Origin: Vicugna vicugna
Lineage: Eukaryota
Length of the DNA stretch: 64,000 bases
Direction: 5' to 3'
NCBI GenBank assembly: GCA_013265495.1
Contig: MU058213.1
Span: 3,596,001 to 3,660,000, forward strand
Of the stretch, positions 1-12,777 are shown in pieces (position 1 is the first letter of the stretch; each line of letters starts with the position of its first letter). Made by a program: the position numbers and the translations under genes. A model generated the notes under the pieces. The model worked only from the letters and a program-made list of their open reading frames with translations. It was not told the origin of the DNA and ran no database searches.

Positions 1-914
1 GCATCTCACAGGGACCCTGACAGGAGGTGGTGCACACATTTCCTCCCAGGGTGCCAGCATTATTACAGAATTCTATCACTACATCCTCCTGATCGCTCAG
101 CAGCAAGGATACAGGCAGGGAGTAGGGTCTTCTCTCAGAGACAGTCAATTATATCTTGTTTTCACCTCCAACTCTCTCTTCAGGGGAGGAAGACTGGCTC
201 TTTTATCATCATTCATTCTACCGAAATCTGCTGCTAATGGCATCAACTTTGGCTGTTGGTACTCAAAATCCAAACTTCTGAGACTCAAAAAGCCTTTTTC
301 TCTCAACCTGTTTTTCCTACTAGGAGATTAAAAACTCTTATTTTGAAACTTATAAACTGAACATTGACTGTCTTTCTCTTTTTATTTCTGTAGTAACTGT
401 CCTCCCCTGAGGGCAGTAAACATAGAAAGCACGGCTCACTGCTGCCCGAGGGCTGGGAAAGAGAAAGGGAAGCAGACTATTCCAGGAATAATAAGTAGTT
501 ATCAGCAACAAAATTGCACAATAATATTGTGCACAACTTCCACGCCCTTAGCTCTGTCCTAAGCTTGACACATGTATTTCTCACTAGCTAACTCTGCCTG
601 AGCATCTTAAAAAAAAAGCCAAAAAACCCCCTCAAACTTAATAGATCCAAAGCTGAAGTCACCATTGTCCTATATTCTCTGTCTGGAAATGGCATTACTA
701 TATATTTAGTCCCAAAGGCAAGCAGCTTCTGAGTGTCCTCAAATTCTACCCCCCTAACTTTTCCTACCCCTACTTTATTATATAATAGAAATTCTTCTCC
801 CTCTAATCTCATGAGAGTATTTCGTTTTACTGATATCCCTGACTAAGGTCAGTGCACTACCATTCTCTGCTTATTGGCTCAGACAGGTAGATTACCCTTT
901 GTCCTTCCTGAGCC

Positions 915-1190
915 ACATGTATCTTCCGAGACAAAGGTTTGTGTGCAGGTAGTTTATTTGGGGCCATGCTCCCCAGCAGTGGTGTGCTTGGACTCAGCTC
1001 CTACTGGCTTCCAAGGACCAACTGTGCACATGTCTATCCAACTGCAGAAATTGGCAAACACTATAAACCAGGATTTTTTTTTCCCTGGAGAGCTGGTAAT
1101 TAAATATCAACCAGCATACCACTGATCCTAGGGAACACGAGTGAGGGCCTGAGAAGAATGAAACAGGGCAGGGGGTAAAAACCAATGCAA
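915..1190. mobile_element. Old ERVL-type LTR fragment (LTR16-like) split by a MER63 insertion
   Basis: agacaaaggtttgtgtgcaggtagtttatttgggg continues after the insertion as atcctagggaac...gaaacagggcaggg, resembling LTR16-family sequence from recall. Confidence 0.45.
977..1124 (+). mobile_element. MER63-like hAT non-autonomous DNA transposon
   Basis: Terminal inverted repeats CAGTGGTGTGCT (977) and AGCATACCACTG (1124); internal gaaattggcaaacactataaaccagg and ggagagctggt match MER63 from recall. Confidence 0.75.
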
Positions 1191-1299
1191 TGGTTCTTGA
1201 GTTACTGGCTTTGATCTCTATTATTAAGTTGACGTGGGGCTCGCTCTCACTAAGAAGCCCTGACGCATAGACTGTATCTCGGAATTATCTTCCCAAGGA

Positions 1300-1625
1300 A
1301 GGCGTATTTATCCACTGGCTTCTCCTCCCCACCGGAAGGGCTGCCTGGGAGGGCGCTGACTCTCCTGCACGCCCGGGTCCGCCTGCGTGTGGAACGGCCG
1401 AGCGCGCTCCTGCCGGCACCCCAAGCAGCCGCGGCCGGGCAGCCCGGGGGCGGAAACGGGGAGACGCGCTCAGCAACTGCACTGAGCGGCTGCCCAGCGC
1501 CGGCTCCACGCAGCCGGCTGCCGCAGCCCGGGCTGCAGCCGAGGCCGGCTGAGAGGGTGAGCAAGAGAGCGAAAGGAACCCCCCGACCCAAGGCTTAGCA
1601 GGACAGGCTACGGTGCCCACGGCAC
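1300..1625. promoter_or_regulatory. CpG island / candidate promoter with a possible plus-strand first exon
   Basis: Very GC- and CpG-rich block in AT-rich DNA; ETS motif ACCGGAAG 1331-1338, GC-box-like gggggcgg ~1446-1453, and a plus-strand donor GG|GTGAGC at 1557. Confidence 0.7.
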
Positions 1626-1884
1626 TGACTGGGCTCAGGGTGGTGACTAACGTTCATCATTTCTCTTCTCAGCCACGCGGTTTAGATTTCCCCCACCCTT
1701 GGCCGGCACCTTAGCAAGTCTGAGTTGTTGCCTGGTGGTGACTCAGATTTTTATCCCCAGGGGCTATGAACTGTCAGTTGTGTTAACCTTATCAGGCCAC
1801 GGTTGCTGTGAGAGACCATTTGAGGTTAGTATTGGACCTGCAAGTACTAAGATATGTCCCAGTGAATCCCCTGGGCTCCACACA

Positions 1885-2007
1885 TTTTGGAGGGGGGAGG
1901 TAATTAGGTTTATTTACTTACGTAGTTTTTCAATGGAGGTACTGGGGACTGAACCCAGGACCTTGTGCATGCTAAGTATGCACTCTACCACTGAGCTATA
2001 CAACCTC
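1885..2007 (-). mobile_element. vic-1-type camelid tRNA-derived SINE
   Basis: Minus strand reads GTATAGCTCAGTGGTAGAGTGCATACTTAGCATGCACAAGGTCCTGGGTTCAGTCCCCAGTACCTCC (A and B boxes) followed by a TAAATAAACCTAATTACCTCCCCCC tail. Confidence 0.85.
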
Positions 2008-2314
2008 ATCCCCTTCAAAATCTATTCCTGTTTATGCTCTCTTGGTTTCTTTGAGGTATAGTAATGGGAACAATTTTTCCTTCCAGAGCAGGGATTACAT
2101 TTCCTTATTTAGACTGTGCTGTGACCTGACTCAAAAATGCATCCACTATGTATCTGAAGGAGTTGATAGGAATTTGAAGAGGACAAGCATCATTTGAGAG
2201 GCACCTGCCCCGTGTAATGTCTTTGCAGGGCCTCCAGGTGAAGGAGGACACTGGACTCTAGCAAGGGCAAGGGAAGTGCTTCTGCCAGTCCAGAGGGTTC
2301 AGGGAAGTCTGGGT

Positions 2315-2770
2315 GGGTGTTTCTGAGGGCTGCCATTGCAAATTACCACAAACTGAGTGGCTTAAACAGCATAAAATTACTCTCTCACGATTTTGGGGGA
2401 CCAGAAGTCCAAAATCTAGGTGTTGGCAGGGTTGCACTCCCGCTGGAAGTTCCAGAGGAGAGTCGGTTCCTTGCCTCTTCCAGCATCTAGCAGCTGTTGG
2501 TGCCCCTGGTTCGTAGCCTCATCTCTCTGCTCCGCCTTCTCATTGCCTTCTCCTCTGTGTATCTGTGTTATCTCCCTCTGCTTCTCTCATCAGAACACTT
2601 GTGATGGCACTTGGGGCTCACCTGGATAATCTAGAATAATCTCCTTATCTCAAGATCCTTGACTTAATCACATCTCCAAAGATCCCCTTTCCAAATAAGT
2701 TAATGTAATCACAAATTCCAAGGATTAGGACTTGATAGGTTTGGGTGGCCATGATTCAGCTTAATATCAA
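2315..2770 (-). mobile_element. MaLR solo LTR (MLT1C/D-like)
   Basis: aattaccacaaactgagtggcttaaacagc...ccagaagtccaaaatc...ctcaagatccttgacttaatcacatc matches the MLT1 reverse consensus. Confidence 0.85.
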
Positions 2771-3299
2771 TAGTGTTTCAAGATTCTTGGGCTCTTCCAA
2801 CCAAATGCCCTCTTCTAAGGTTTACAGGATTGGTCCCAGTATCTTCTGCATCAGAGCCCTAACTCTGGCATGACCAACCTGTTGAGTCCATGTATTCAGT
2901 CATTCCCACCCTTACCCTTAAAGCTTGGACTTGTTTTCATCACAACCTGCCTTGGAGCTGCAGGAAGATACACATCTTTTGAATGCTGCCATGGGAGATT
3001 TCTGACTTTCACCATTCAATAACCTTGCCCACACTGTCTTTCTGCCTGCAGTGCCCTTCTGCCTCATCTTCTTCGGAAAGCAGTCACTCATTTCAGATGT
3101 CATCTGCTCCCCAAAGTCTCCCACAATTCCCCCCCCTGGCAAACTTAGTTGCTCTGTTTTTGGCATAATCATAGCCTTAAAAAAAAGACAAACTTATTCT
3201 TATCTTAAAAAAAAACCTTACTCAGCTTTCATTCTTTAAAAAAATTATTCATACCTCTTCTACAGTAGCTAACACACTGTCTAATAAATTGTATTACAG

Positions 3300-3369
3300 T
3301 GCTCCCTGAATTAGTGTGGGAATCCCTTGAATATAGGTACCTTGTGTATTATCTTATCACCGGACCTTG
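3300..3369 (+). pseudogene. Candidate exon remnant (LPELVWESLEYRYLVYYLITGP)
   Basis: ttgtattacag| acceptor, |gtaagc donor, 70 nt, stop-free in one frame. Confidence 0.5.
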
Positions 3370-3853
3370 GTAAGCCAGTCAACAGCTATGTGCTAAATGA
3401 ATGGAAGTTGAAACACATTTCCCAGCAATGGAGGAAAATGCATGTGGAACACTCATGTTTTTACCTCATAAAATTGTTATATTTCTGGATTTTATGATTT
3501 CTTAATGCGAATGACAATTCTACAATACACAAGCCATATCTATACCATGAATACTCTGTAGCTCAAAACATTTGAGCCAATGTTATTGTTTGCTTTCACT
3601 CTTAAAAATAAAATAAACTTACAAAGAACATTTCATTTTGTTATTAACCGTTTTTGAGTGATAAAATGAGAAAGGGGGGGTTAAGAAAAAACATCACTAA
3701 TTACTGCAAAACAGTATTTCTACAGTGACTTTTATGGTTCAGCTTTTATTTAAAATGAGTAGCCTTTAGGATTATAAATGATACTTACCTGAATTATTAA
3801 AAAGACAGAAAGATAACATTTTTAATTGCAAAATGTTTTATATTATTCCCTAG

Positions 3854-4086
3854 AAGAATAAAAGACATTGTATTTGAGGGTTATTTTCCTAACTATTCTT
3901 AAGTATGAATTAGGGAATCTATCCATTAAAGTAAATTTCAGTTAAAGTTAAGAAATTGCTTCTATTTTATTGTAACATATAGAGTAAAATTATTATAAAG
4001 GAGAATTTCTATACTATAATTTGAAACAACTCAAATACGTGGCTAAAAATAAAATTACCTCCATATAAGACCAAGAAGACAAGTTA
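3854..4086 (+). pseudogene. Two candidate exon remnants (3854-3930 and ~4001-4086) with EF-hand-like LRVIFLTILKYELGNLSIK|ENF
   Basis: ttccctag| ... |gtaaat, then a weak acceptor ... |gtgagt; in-frame join with one stop in each exon. Confidence 0.45.
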
Positions 4087-5849
4087 GTGAGTAATTAGAA
4101 GCTCAGTATTTTATTCAAAAAGTGAAAAGTACCCTATAGGTAATATGGTGTGTGTATGTACATGTGCAAGTGGGTGTGTAATTTTGTCTTCTTTCTTTAT
4201 CTGCCACATTCCTAAGGCAAAGAAATCTTTTCTAAATGACACACAGTCGCATATCTAAACCATTGAGAAAACTCTCTCCAAGTTTTCTTACCAAATGTAG
4301 ATTAACATTCCAGTTTTGTTATTAAGAGATGGTGAATGACAAAATGGCTTGAGGGTTTTGCAGGAAACCACTTATAAATTCAGCTAAAGTTCTTATCTAC
4401 CTTCACAAACTTGTTTAGCTTTCAACTCAAGTGCAGATAAATAATTTGTAAGCAATTTATTAAATAAAATTTTGCATTTGAATTCTTTCTCCTTCTCTTG
4501 ACTCCTTTTTGAGGCCCAAAACAAAGTCACGTCTTCTAAGAAGATATTTCTGAGGTTAAAACACTACCTGTCTAGTGTATAGTGAAAGTACAACTTGGCA
4601 TCTCCTACTCAGAATACACATACAGAATCACAGAATTTTAGAACAAGTGGGCATGTTCCTCCCTATACATGGTAGATGATGTTGAAGGACAAAAAAAGTA
4701 TGTAGTGCAGAATAAATACAAAAATTCTGACTTCAAAAATAATGTTCTTTTGTTACATTGAGTCTTTTGGATCAGTTTTACATATGGAAATATTTTTACA
4801 ATGGAAATGTTTTTCCTATTAAGTTAAAAATTCATAGGAAACAATGAAATCTAAACAACCAAATTAATATCAATAAGGGAATAGCTTAAATACATTGTGG
4901 TACATTGATAGTCTATATTTCCATAAATATAAGTATATAAATTTGATGGGTACATAATACCACAGATTACAAGACAGAATGTGGAAGGAAAAAGAAAACA
5001 AGTTGCTGAAAAATATATACTATTTACTATCCACATCAAACCTGTAACAATGGTAATTTGTGGCACAGGGGGAGATTATTGGGATTTGGGGGTTTGGTTA
5101 AAAGGGACTTTAGCCTTATTGCTAATGTATTAATTTTTTTGAAGAAGAATTTTTAATCTTTTTTATATTATAAAGATTAAGTTAAACCATGATTAAATAA
5201 TACAATAAATAAAAATATTTTAAACTATACAGTGCTACATTAATGTAAGGTTTAATATAAATATAAACTTATATTTATATTTAATATAAAAATATTAGGT
5301 AAGATTTGGGGTAAGGAGGAAAAGCACTTCATCAAAATTACTCCTGATTCTTATTTGATGATAATATTGTAAGAAAATGATTTTATAATTACTAAGAATC
5401 AGAGGACTTTTCAGAATAGCTTAACATTTCTATTCAAATGAGAACCCAAATTCTGGTTCATGATGGCTCTAGGACACTGTCACTTAATGAGAAAGAAGAA
5501 ATGAGTATTTAGACGAAAACTATTGTAAAATATGTATCACTTGCTTTTGTCTGCCCAACAGGTCTCCCTTTGGAGAACTTCCACACCCTTGACCACAGGG
5601 ATGAGAATGTGGTCCAAGCCAGGCCATTCTCTTCTGGGAATTTAAGTTTTAAGTGTGGAATCTAATAAAGGATTCAATAAGAAAAAAGACAGACAACTCA
5701 GTAAAATACTTAAATACTCCGCAAAGTATTTAACATACTTAAATAGGTGCTTCACAAAGGAGGATATCTAACTGTTCAATGAGCATTTGAAAAGAAGGTG
5801 CTCAGCATCATTAGTCACCAAGGAAATGCGGACCATCTCAGAAAATGAG

Positions 5850-6075
5850 AGCACCCCGGGGTGAGGGGGTGGTTAGTTTTTATGGGCTGGGCAATTTCAT
5901 ATGCTAACAAGTAGGAGGAGTATTCCAACTATTTTGGAGAAGGGGTGTGTCCACGAATTGGGCCACCACCCACTTTTATGGTCAGCCTTGGAACTGTCAC
6001 CGTGCCTGTCATGGCTCTGGAGGGTGTGTCATTTAGCATGCTAAAGTATTGCAATGAGTACCTAAATACATAATG
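5850..6075 (-). mobile_element. ERV1 LTR fragment (MER41-like), left copy
   Basis: Reverse complement contains ttagcatgctaaatgacacacc...aaaagtgggtggtggcccaattc...cccataaaaactaaccac. Confidence 0.7.
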
Positions 6076-6909
6076 TAATATTAACAGACACAAAGGACAG
6101 TAAGACAATAGTAGTAGAAGACTTTCACTTCCCACTTATGTCATTGGACAGATCACCCTAACAAAAAAATCAATAAGGAAACAGAGGCCTTAAATGACAC
6201 ATTAAACCAGATGGACTTAACTGATATTTATAGAGCATTCCATCCAAAAGCAGCAGGATACACAATCTTTTCAAGTTCTCATGGAACATTCTCCAGGATA
6301 AATTGCATGCACCTCTAAGATCAGGTACAAGACAAGGATGTCCAATCTCACTACTTTTATTCAACATTGTTTTGGAAGTCCTATCTACAGCAATCAGAGA
6401 AGAAAAAGAAATCAAAGGAATCCAAATTCGAAAAGAAGTAGTAGCTACTGTTTGGAGATGACATGATATTATACCTAGAAAATCCTAAAGGTGCCACGAG
6501 AAAACTGAGCTCATCAGTGAATTCAGTAAAGTTGCAGGACACAGAATTAATACACAGAAACTTATTTACAAAATGGAAATAGACACACAGACATGAAAAA
6601 CAAACTTATGGTTACCAAAGGGGAAAGAGGGGTGGGGGAGGGATAAATTAAGAATTTGGGATTAACATGTATACACTACTATATATAAAATAGATAACCA
6701 ATAAGGATGTACTGTATAGCACAGGGAACTATACTCAATATCTTGTAATAAGTTACAACAGAAAAGAATCTGAAAAAGAATATATATGTACGTATGTGTG
6801 TGTATATAGATAGATAGATAGATAGATAGATATAAATAACTTAATCACTTTGCTATCTACCTGAAATTAACACAACATTGTAAATCAACCATACTTCAAT
6901 TAAAAAAAA
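6076..6909 (+). mobile_element. L1 fragment: internally deleted ORF2 pieces joined to a 3' end with A tail
   Basis: Endonuclease-region sequence (tcattggacagatc...gacacattaaaccagatggac), RT-region sequence (ggtacaagacaaggatg), and 3' UTR ctgtatagcacagggaactatactcaa ending in cttcaattaaaaaaaa. Confidence 0.9.
6807..6830. repeat. (TAGA)6 microsatellite inside the L1 3' UTR
   Basis: Read directly from the sequence. Confidence 0.9.
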
Positions 6910-6919
6910 GAATCCAACC

Positions 6920-7185
6920 AAAGTCCAAATGGTGGAAGATTTGACTGCCAGGAGACCTTAAGCCTCATTATATGCTCATTTTAATATGTTAGCATGCTAA
7001 ATGACACACCTACCAGCACTATGACAGGAAGCATGGCAGTTCATAAAAGGCCAAAAGGTGGGTGGTGGCCTAATTCCTGGAAATCCCTACCCCCTTCCCC
7101 AAAGTAGTTAGAATACTCCTTCCACTCTTCAGCAAATGAAATTACCTAGCCTTTAAAAACTAACTACCAGCACACCTCAGGGTGA
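6920..7185 (+). mobile_element. ERV1 LTR fragment (MER41-like), right copy, inverted relative to 5850-6075
   Basis: ttagcatgctaaatgacacacc...aaaaggtgggtggtggcctaattc...tttaaaaactaactacc. Confidence 0.7.
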
Positions 7186-7189
7186 TCTT

Positions 7190-8465
7190 AAAATCAATGA
7201 AGTTAGAACACTCCCTCATACCATACACAAAACAGTTTAAAGACTTAAATAAAGACCAGACATGATAAACCTCCTGGAATAAAACATAGGCAAAACATTC
7301 TATGACATAAATCTTAGCAATGTTCTTCTAGAGCAGTCTACCCAGGCAATAGAAATAAAAGCAAAAATTAACAAATGGGACCTAATTAAACTTATAAGCT
7401 TTTGCACAGCAAAGGAAACCACAAGCAAAACAAAATGACAACCTACAGAATAGGAGAAAATATTCGCAAATGACTGACAACAGTTTAATTTCCAGAATAT
7501 ATAAACAACTTAACAAGAAAACAAACACCCAATCCAAAAATGGGCAGAAGATCTAAACAAGCAATTCTCCAATGAAGACATACAAATGGCTGATAGGCAC
7601 ATGAAAAAATGCTCAATATTGCTAATTATCAGAGAAATGCAAAATCAAAACTACAGTGAGGTATCACCTCATACCAGTCAGAATGGCCATGATTAAGAAG
7701 TCCACAAAGGATAAATGCTAGAGAAGGTGTGGAGAAAAGGGAATCCTCCTACACTGTTGGTGGGAATGTAGTTTGGTGCAGCCGTTATGGAAAACAGTAT
7801 GGAGATTCCTCAAAAAACTAAAAATAGACTTACCATATGATCCAGCAACCCCACTCCTGGGCATACATCAGGAGCGAACTCTAATTTGAAAAGATACATG
7901 CACCCCAATGTTCATAACAGCACTATACAACAACCAAGACATGGAAGCAACCTAAATGTTCATCAACAGATGACTGGATAAAGAAGTGGTGGTATATTTA
8001 TACAACGGAATACTATGCAGCCATAAAAAAGAATAAAATAATGCCATTTGCAGCAACATAGATGGACCTGGAGATCATCATTCTAAGTGAAGTAAGCCAG
8101 AAAGAGAAAGAAAAATATGATATGGTATCATTCATACGTGGAATCTAAGAAAGAAAAAAAGAGGGCACTAATGAACTCATCTACAAAACAGAAACAAACT
8201 TGCAGACACAGTAAACAATATTATGGTTACTGGAGGAAAGGGGGTGAAAAGGTATAAATTAGGGAGTTTGAGATTTGCAATTAGCCACTATATGTAAAAA
8301 TAGATTAAAAAACAAATTTCTTCTGTATAGCACAGGGAACTATATTCAATATCTTATAATAACCCTTAATGAAAAAGAATATATATATATATATGACTGG
8401 GATATTGTGCTGTACACCAGAAACTGACACACTGTAACTGACTATACTTCAATTAAAAAAAAAAG
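7190..8465 (+). mobile_element. 5'-truncated L1 (ORF2 C-terminus plus 3' UTR)
   Basis: caaatgggacctaattaaacttataagcttttgcacagcaaaggaaacc...tgttggtgggaatgta...A tail at ~8455-8464. Confidence 0.92.
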
Positions 8466-8786
8466 CTACTACTTTTCCACTAAAAATAGTTTCTGGAATT
8501 CTTATTATTTATTTTTCTGTAAATGGTTTCCTATTTTCTATAGAGATTACTATCGATATTTTAATTGTACTGCACTAAATCTATGACTAAATTTGGAAGG
8601 ATATTGTGTTCCTCACCATGTTAATTATTTTTACCCCAGAATGTGACACATTGCTTCTCCTATTCAAATCTACCTTTATTGAAATGCTGTTTTATTAGAT
8701 CTAGTTGGAATTTTATTAATTTTATAAATGGCTTTGTATCTAAGCATGGCTAACATATGCTGGATTGCTCAAAAAGAAGTTTGATG

Positions 8787-9135
8787 AAGAAAGAGAAAGA
8801 AAAATACCATATGAGATTGCTCATATGTGGAATCTAAAAACAAACAAACAAACAAACAAAGCATAAATACAAAACAGAAATAGACTCACAGACATAGATT
8901 ACAAACTTGTGGTTGCCAAAGGGGTGGGGAGTGGGAAGAGATAGATTGGGATTTCAAAATTGTAGACTAGATAAACAAGATTATACTGTATAGCACAGGG
9001 AAATTTATACAAGATCTTATGGTAGCTCACAGAGAAAAAAATGTGACAATGAATATATATGTTCATGTATAACTGAAAAATTCGACACAACATTATAAAA
9101 TGATTATAAATCAATAAAAAATGTTAAAAAAAAGA
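8787..9135 (+). mobile_element. L1 3' end fragment
   Basis: agaaagagaaagaaaaataccatatgag...ctgtatagcacaggg...tcaataaaaaatgttaaaaaaaa. Confidence 0.88.
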
Positions 9136-9407
9136 AGGCAAATTATAAAGTAAAACGCAAAAAAAACAAAGGTTGATGACACATTAAGGGAAAAAAATCA
9201 GACTGATAGAAAGTTGTAAAACATCAAAAAAAATCTGAATAATGATACTAATAATCCTAATTAGCTTCACTAAATCCAAAATTCCCGTGTCCTTAAGTAA
9301 CGCTGTTCTGTCAGCAAAGTGATTGGCACATGGCAACCTTCTCCCATTTGAACTGACACCGACTCATTTCTAAGCTAAGCTGTTTTGTGGTTCACACCTC
9401 CCTAGGG

Positions 9408-9622
9408 TAGGGTTGCCAGATAAAACACAAGATAGTTAAATCTGCATTCCAGACAAACAACTACTACTTCATTTTAGTTTAAGTATTTCCAAGTTTTGAA
9501 TATTCCTTGTTAGTCTGGAAACAAATTTTAACTGGAGATTTATATCAATATCTACACTTCTATCTATTTATCTATATAGGTATGTGTGTCTATCTAATAT
9601 TTTCCTAAATCTGGCAGCCCTA
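9408..9622. mobile_element. MER53-like palindromic hAT MITE
   Basis: TIRs TAGGGTTGCCAGAT (9408) and ATCTGGCAGCCCTA (9622); internal agttaaat...atttaact symmetry. Confidence 0.8.
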
Positions 9623-10169
9623 CCCCCTACCCTAGGTATTACCAACTAGTTTCATTTTCTGGTCTGAGTGATACACTGTTCACAATTCAAGCGCTGGTTA
9701 GTGGAGATGAAGCTTTTGAGACCAGTCAAGTAATAAAAGTTACATCTTCAAAGCATTCAGTGGTTTGCAGTCCACACTTTTTAAGGATATAAAAGACCAG
9801 GCCAGAAGGTGCGAGTCCCCGTGTTTGAAATTATTGTACAATTTTACTGAACTGATCACTTCTGTTCAGCTATCCTGAGAAGCCTGATCTTTAGTTCCTT
9901 ACCTGTGCCTTCCAGGTTTGTTGGAGAGCTCCAATACCAGCTCAAGATCACTCATGGAAACTTGTTTCCTGTGTTCCCGCCAGGCTGTCAGTGTGTCTGA
10001 CTCCCTGATGCAGGCTGCAGCCTGTCTGTGGCTTCCCGCCATCGCTTCCTCCCCTGCACAGCACTCTCCCCTCCTCCCAGACATAGTCCCGTTCTTCCCT
10101 TGCCCCACATGGTCTTCACGAGCCTGCTTCTCATGGCAGAATGACTGTGGGAAGGAGAGAAGACACCCC

Positions 10170-10670
10170 TGATGCTGGGCGCTTGCAGCTGACCTTGGTG
10201 TTCTCCTGCTGAACGTAAGGAATTTCATAGAATAAACATCAGACAAGGCCCCTGTGACCAGGATGGATCAAGACAGAAACAAATCCACACTGTAATCATG
10301 TCCAACCACTGTCCAAACCACAAAATGACCACCCGAACGTGTCCTGGCTAACAGGAGTGACGGCTGCTTCTTTGCCAATGAGGAGCTTTAGCTTTACCCT
10401 AGTCCTCCCTCCTTCTGGGTAAGGTTCAGTAAGATCCACAGTCACAGAATTACCCCTGCTTCCCAACAGCCTCCAACCAGAGCAAGCTCTTGCCTCCTTA
10501 ATCTCTCCCTAAAAGGAACAAGAGCCCAAATCCTTTAGGAAATCTTTTCAAACCCCCATGGCTACTGAGGCACATGCCATGGGACGCTTCTCCCCTCTTG
10601 TAGGAGTAATAAAGCCAGCTGTTCAACTGCAGGGGTGTTCCAGGTGCTCTTTGACTGGAGGGGACTGACA
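10170..10670 (+). mobile_element. ERVL-type solo LTR (MER54/MER73/MER74-like)
   Basis: TG...CA ends, about 500 bp, AATAAA at 10608-10613, near-perfect 5-bp TSD acccc/actcc. Confidence 0.7.
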
Positions 10671-12319
10671 ACTCCCAGCAACCCATGATTCAGCACCAAC
10701 AGTCTTCAGGGTCACTCCCAGGGTGGAGCAAAAGAGGGAGGCTTTTTGTCAAGCCCTAAGCTGCTCTGTGTTCCCTACAGGTATTCTTTTCTCTGGCTCC
10801 TACCTCACAGGTGGGCTCTAGAGGAGAGTACAGGTCTACCCACCTGTCGGCAGTCAACTTTCCATCCCTTCCACCCAGGACCACCTGGCCACTGGGGGAG
10901 TAGCTCCACTTGGTTGTTGGTGGGTAGCCCTGCTCTGATGGTTTCACTCTGTTTCAGTGGGACAAATAAATCTAGAATAACTAAGCCCCTGGGCCATTAA
11001 CCATCTAATTGGAACTGTGGCTTTGTAGCTCTGTCCTCAAACTCCAGAACAACAACCTTTGTCTTGGCAGAAGCACCCACTTCTCCATCAGTGATCAAAG
11101 AGCAAGAAGAATGCTAGGCTAAGCATATAATCGACCCAAAGTTGGTACAGGAGTATCTATATTATTAAAGTTCAGGGGAAAAGGGTCCCCATCTAGCATA
11201 CGAGGCTGAAACGAGCAGCTTTAAACACCCGCTGAAGTCTATAACTTTTACCACACAGATATAATAATCTCAAAAAAAAAAAAAAAAGAAAAGAAAAAAA
11301 GAAATGTCCAGTATCTGCCAGGCTTCCTTGGGGATCAGCTCTGACCATCCAAGGAGCCAGGAGGTGAACCCCTCTCTCTCTGGCCTCAAATATACACCCA
11401 CCAAAAATTATCTGTCCAAACCTAGCAGTGTTGGTTGAACTCCATTGCTTTTAATTACCATGGGCTGCTGTTTTGTACCTTTCCCATTGCGAACACGAGT
11501 CTTCAGTCTCTGTTAGGGGATGTGCTATTTTTACTCTCCTTAGGACACTGCCGTTTGCTGTCTGGATTTAGCTTCCAGCCCATGCGTTGCTGGCCACAGG
11601 GTCAGGAGCAGAGTCCAGTCTGCCCCAATCTAGAGAACCTGGTCTCCCCGCCATGGCCCAGTGAACCCAGTACCCTTGCCACTGTCCCCACCAACTTCCA
11701 TCTGGGCAGGACTCACCCAGTAGTCACACAAAGGGTGGTACTAACCTTTTCCTCTGTTCTCCGTGAGCTTCCCTTGACTTTGTTGTCATGCTCATTCCTT
11801 CTCTGTTTAGATTTTCTTCCCATTCGCCACTTCTCTTCCTTAACTTACTAGTGTTTAATCAGAGTTCTCTAGCTTTAGTAGCATTCAGTTTTCACAGCTT
11901 TTTGGACAGGACACATCATATTATAGGAGTACTCAAAATTAAACAAGAGGATCTCTAAGGTCCGTTTCAACTCTACAGTTACATGGTTCCTTGGAACACT
12001 GTTTTCCTCATTTCTACCCACTAAATAAACAATTTAATTAGAATTTTCACTTTAGGTGATATTTTATTGACTGTTTAGAGTTAGTTTAGAAGACAGAATA
12101 CCAGGTCATAAACAAGTCTCTCAACCTTGGAAATAGTCAGAGAAACTCAGATTAAAGAAACAACAAAGTATTGTTTTTAATCAATCAAACTGACAAAGAT
12201 TAAAAAATAACACTAATTTCCAGGATAGGCAAAACTGACCGTATAGTACTTTGGTACGTCTTTCTGGAAAAGAATCTGAAAAAATGCACTAACATTGTAA
12301 ATGTACCATATTCCACATT

Positions 12320-12770
12320 TAGGAATTTAAGAGTTCTTTGTATATTTTCTATTTACATTTTGCTGATAATAGTGATGTCCAGAATCTTTTCATTTATGTG
12401 TTGGCTATTTGAATGTCTTTTTTTGGAAACGTGTCTATTTAATTACGCTGCCTGTTTAAAAAAATTGAATCGTTTGGGGTTTTTTTGCTATTGAGTTGTA
12501 TGAGTTCTTTGCATATTTTGGATATTAACTCCTGATCAGATAGATGGTTTGCAAATATTTTCTTCCCTTCTGTATGTTGCCTGTTTATTTTACTGATTAT
12601 TTCTTTTGTTGCGCAGAAGTGTTTTAGTTTGATGTAGCCCTGCTGTATTTTTGCTTCTATTGTGTCTGCTTTTGATGGCATATCCAAAATTCTCTGCCAA
12701 AAATCAATGCCAAGGGGCTTTCCTCCTATGTTTTCTTGTAGGAGTTTTATAGTTTCGGGTCTTACATAAA
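12320..12770 (-). mobile_element. L1 ORF2 C-terminal fragment
   Basis: ORF 12439-12816 gives VRPETIKLLQENIG...YIKLKHFCATKEII...IFANHLSDQELISKICKELIQLN, typical of L1 ORF2. Confidence 0.88.
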
Positions 12771-12777
12771 TGTTTGT

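Noticed and set aside
1250..1620. GC-rich ORFs at the CpG island as real coding exons, or as NEDD4 exon 1
   Set aside because: They are low-complexity Ala/Gly/Pro/Arg frames expected from GC content, with non-ATG starts. I could not find the NEDD4 N-terminus as I recall it (MATCAVEVFG).
1930..2007. tRNA gene
   Set aside because: The tRNA-like head has mismatched stems and continues into the SINE-specific tail, so it is a SINE.
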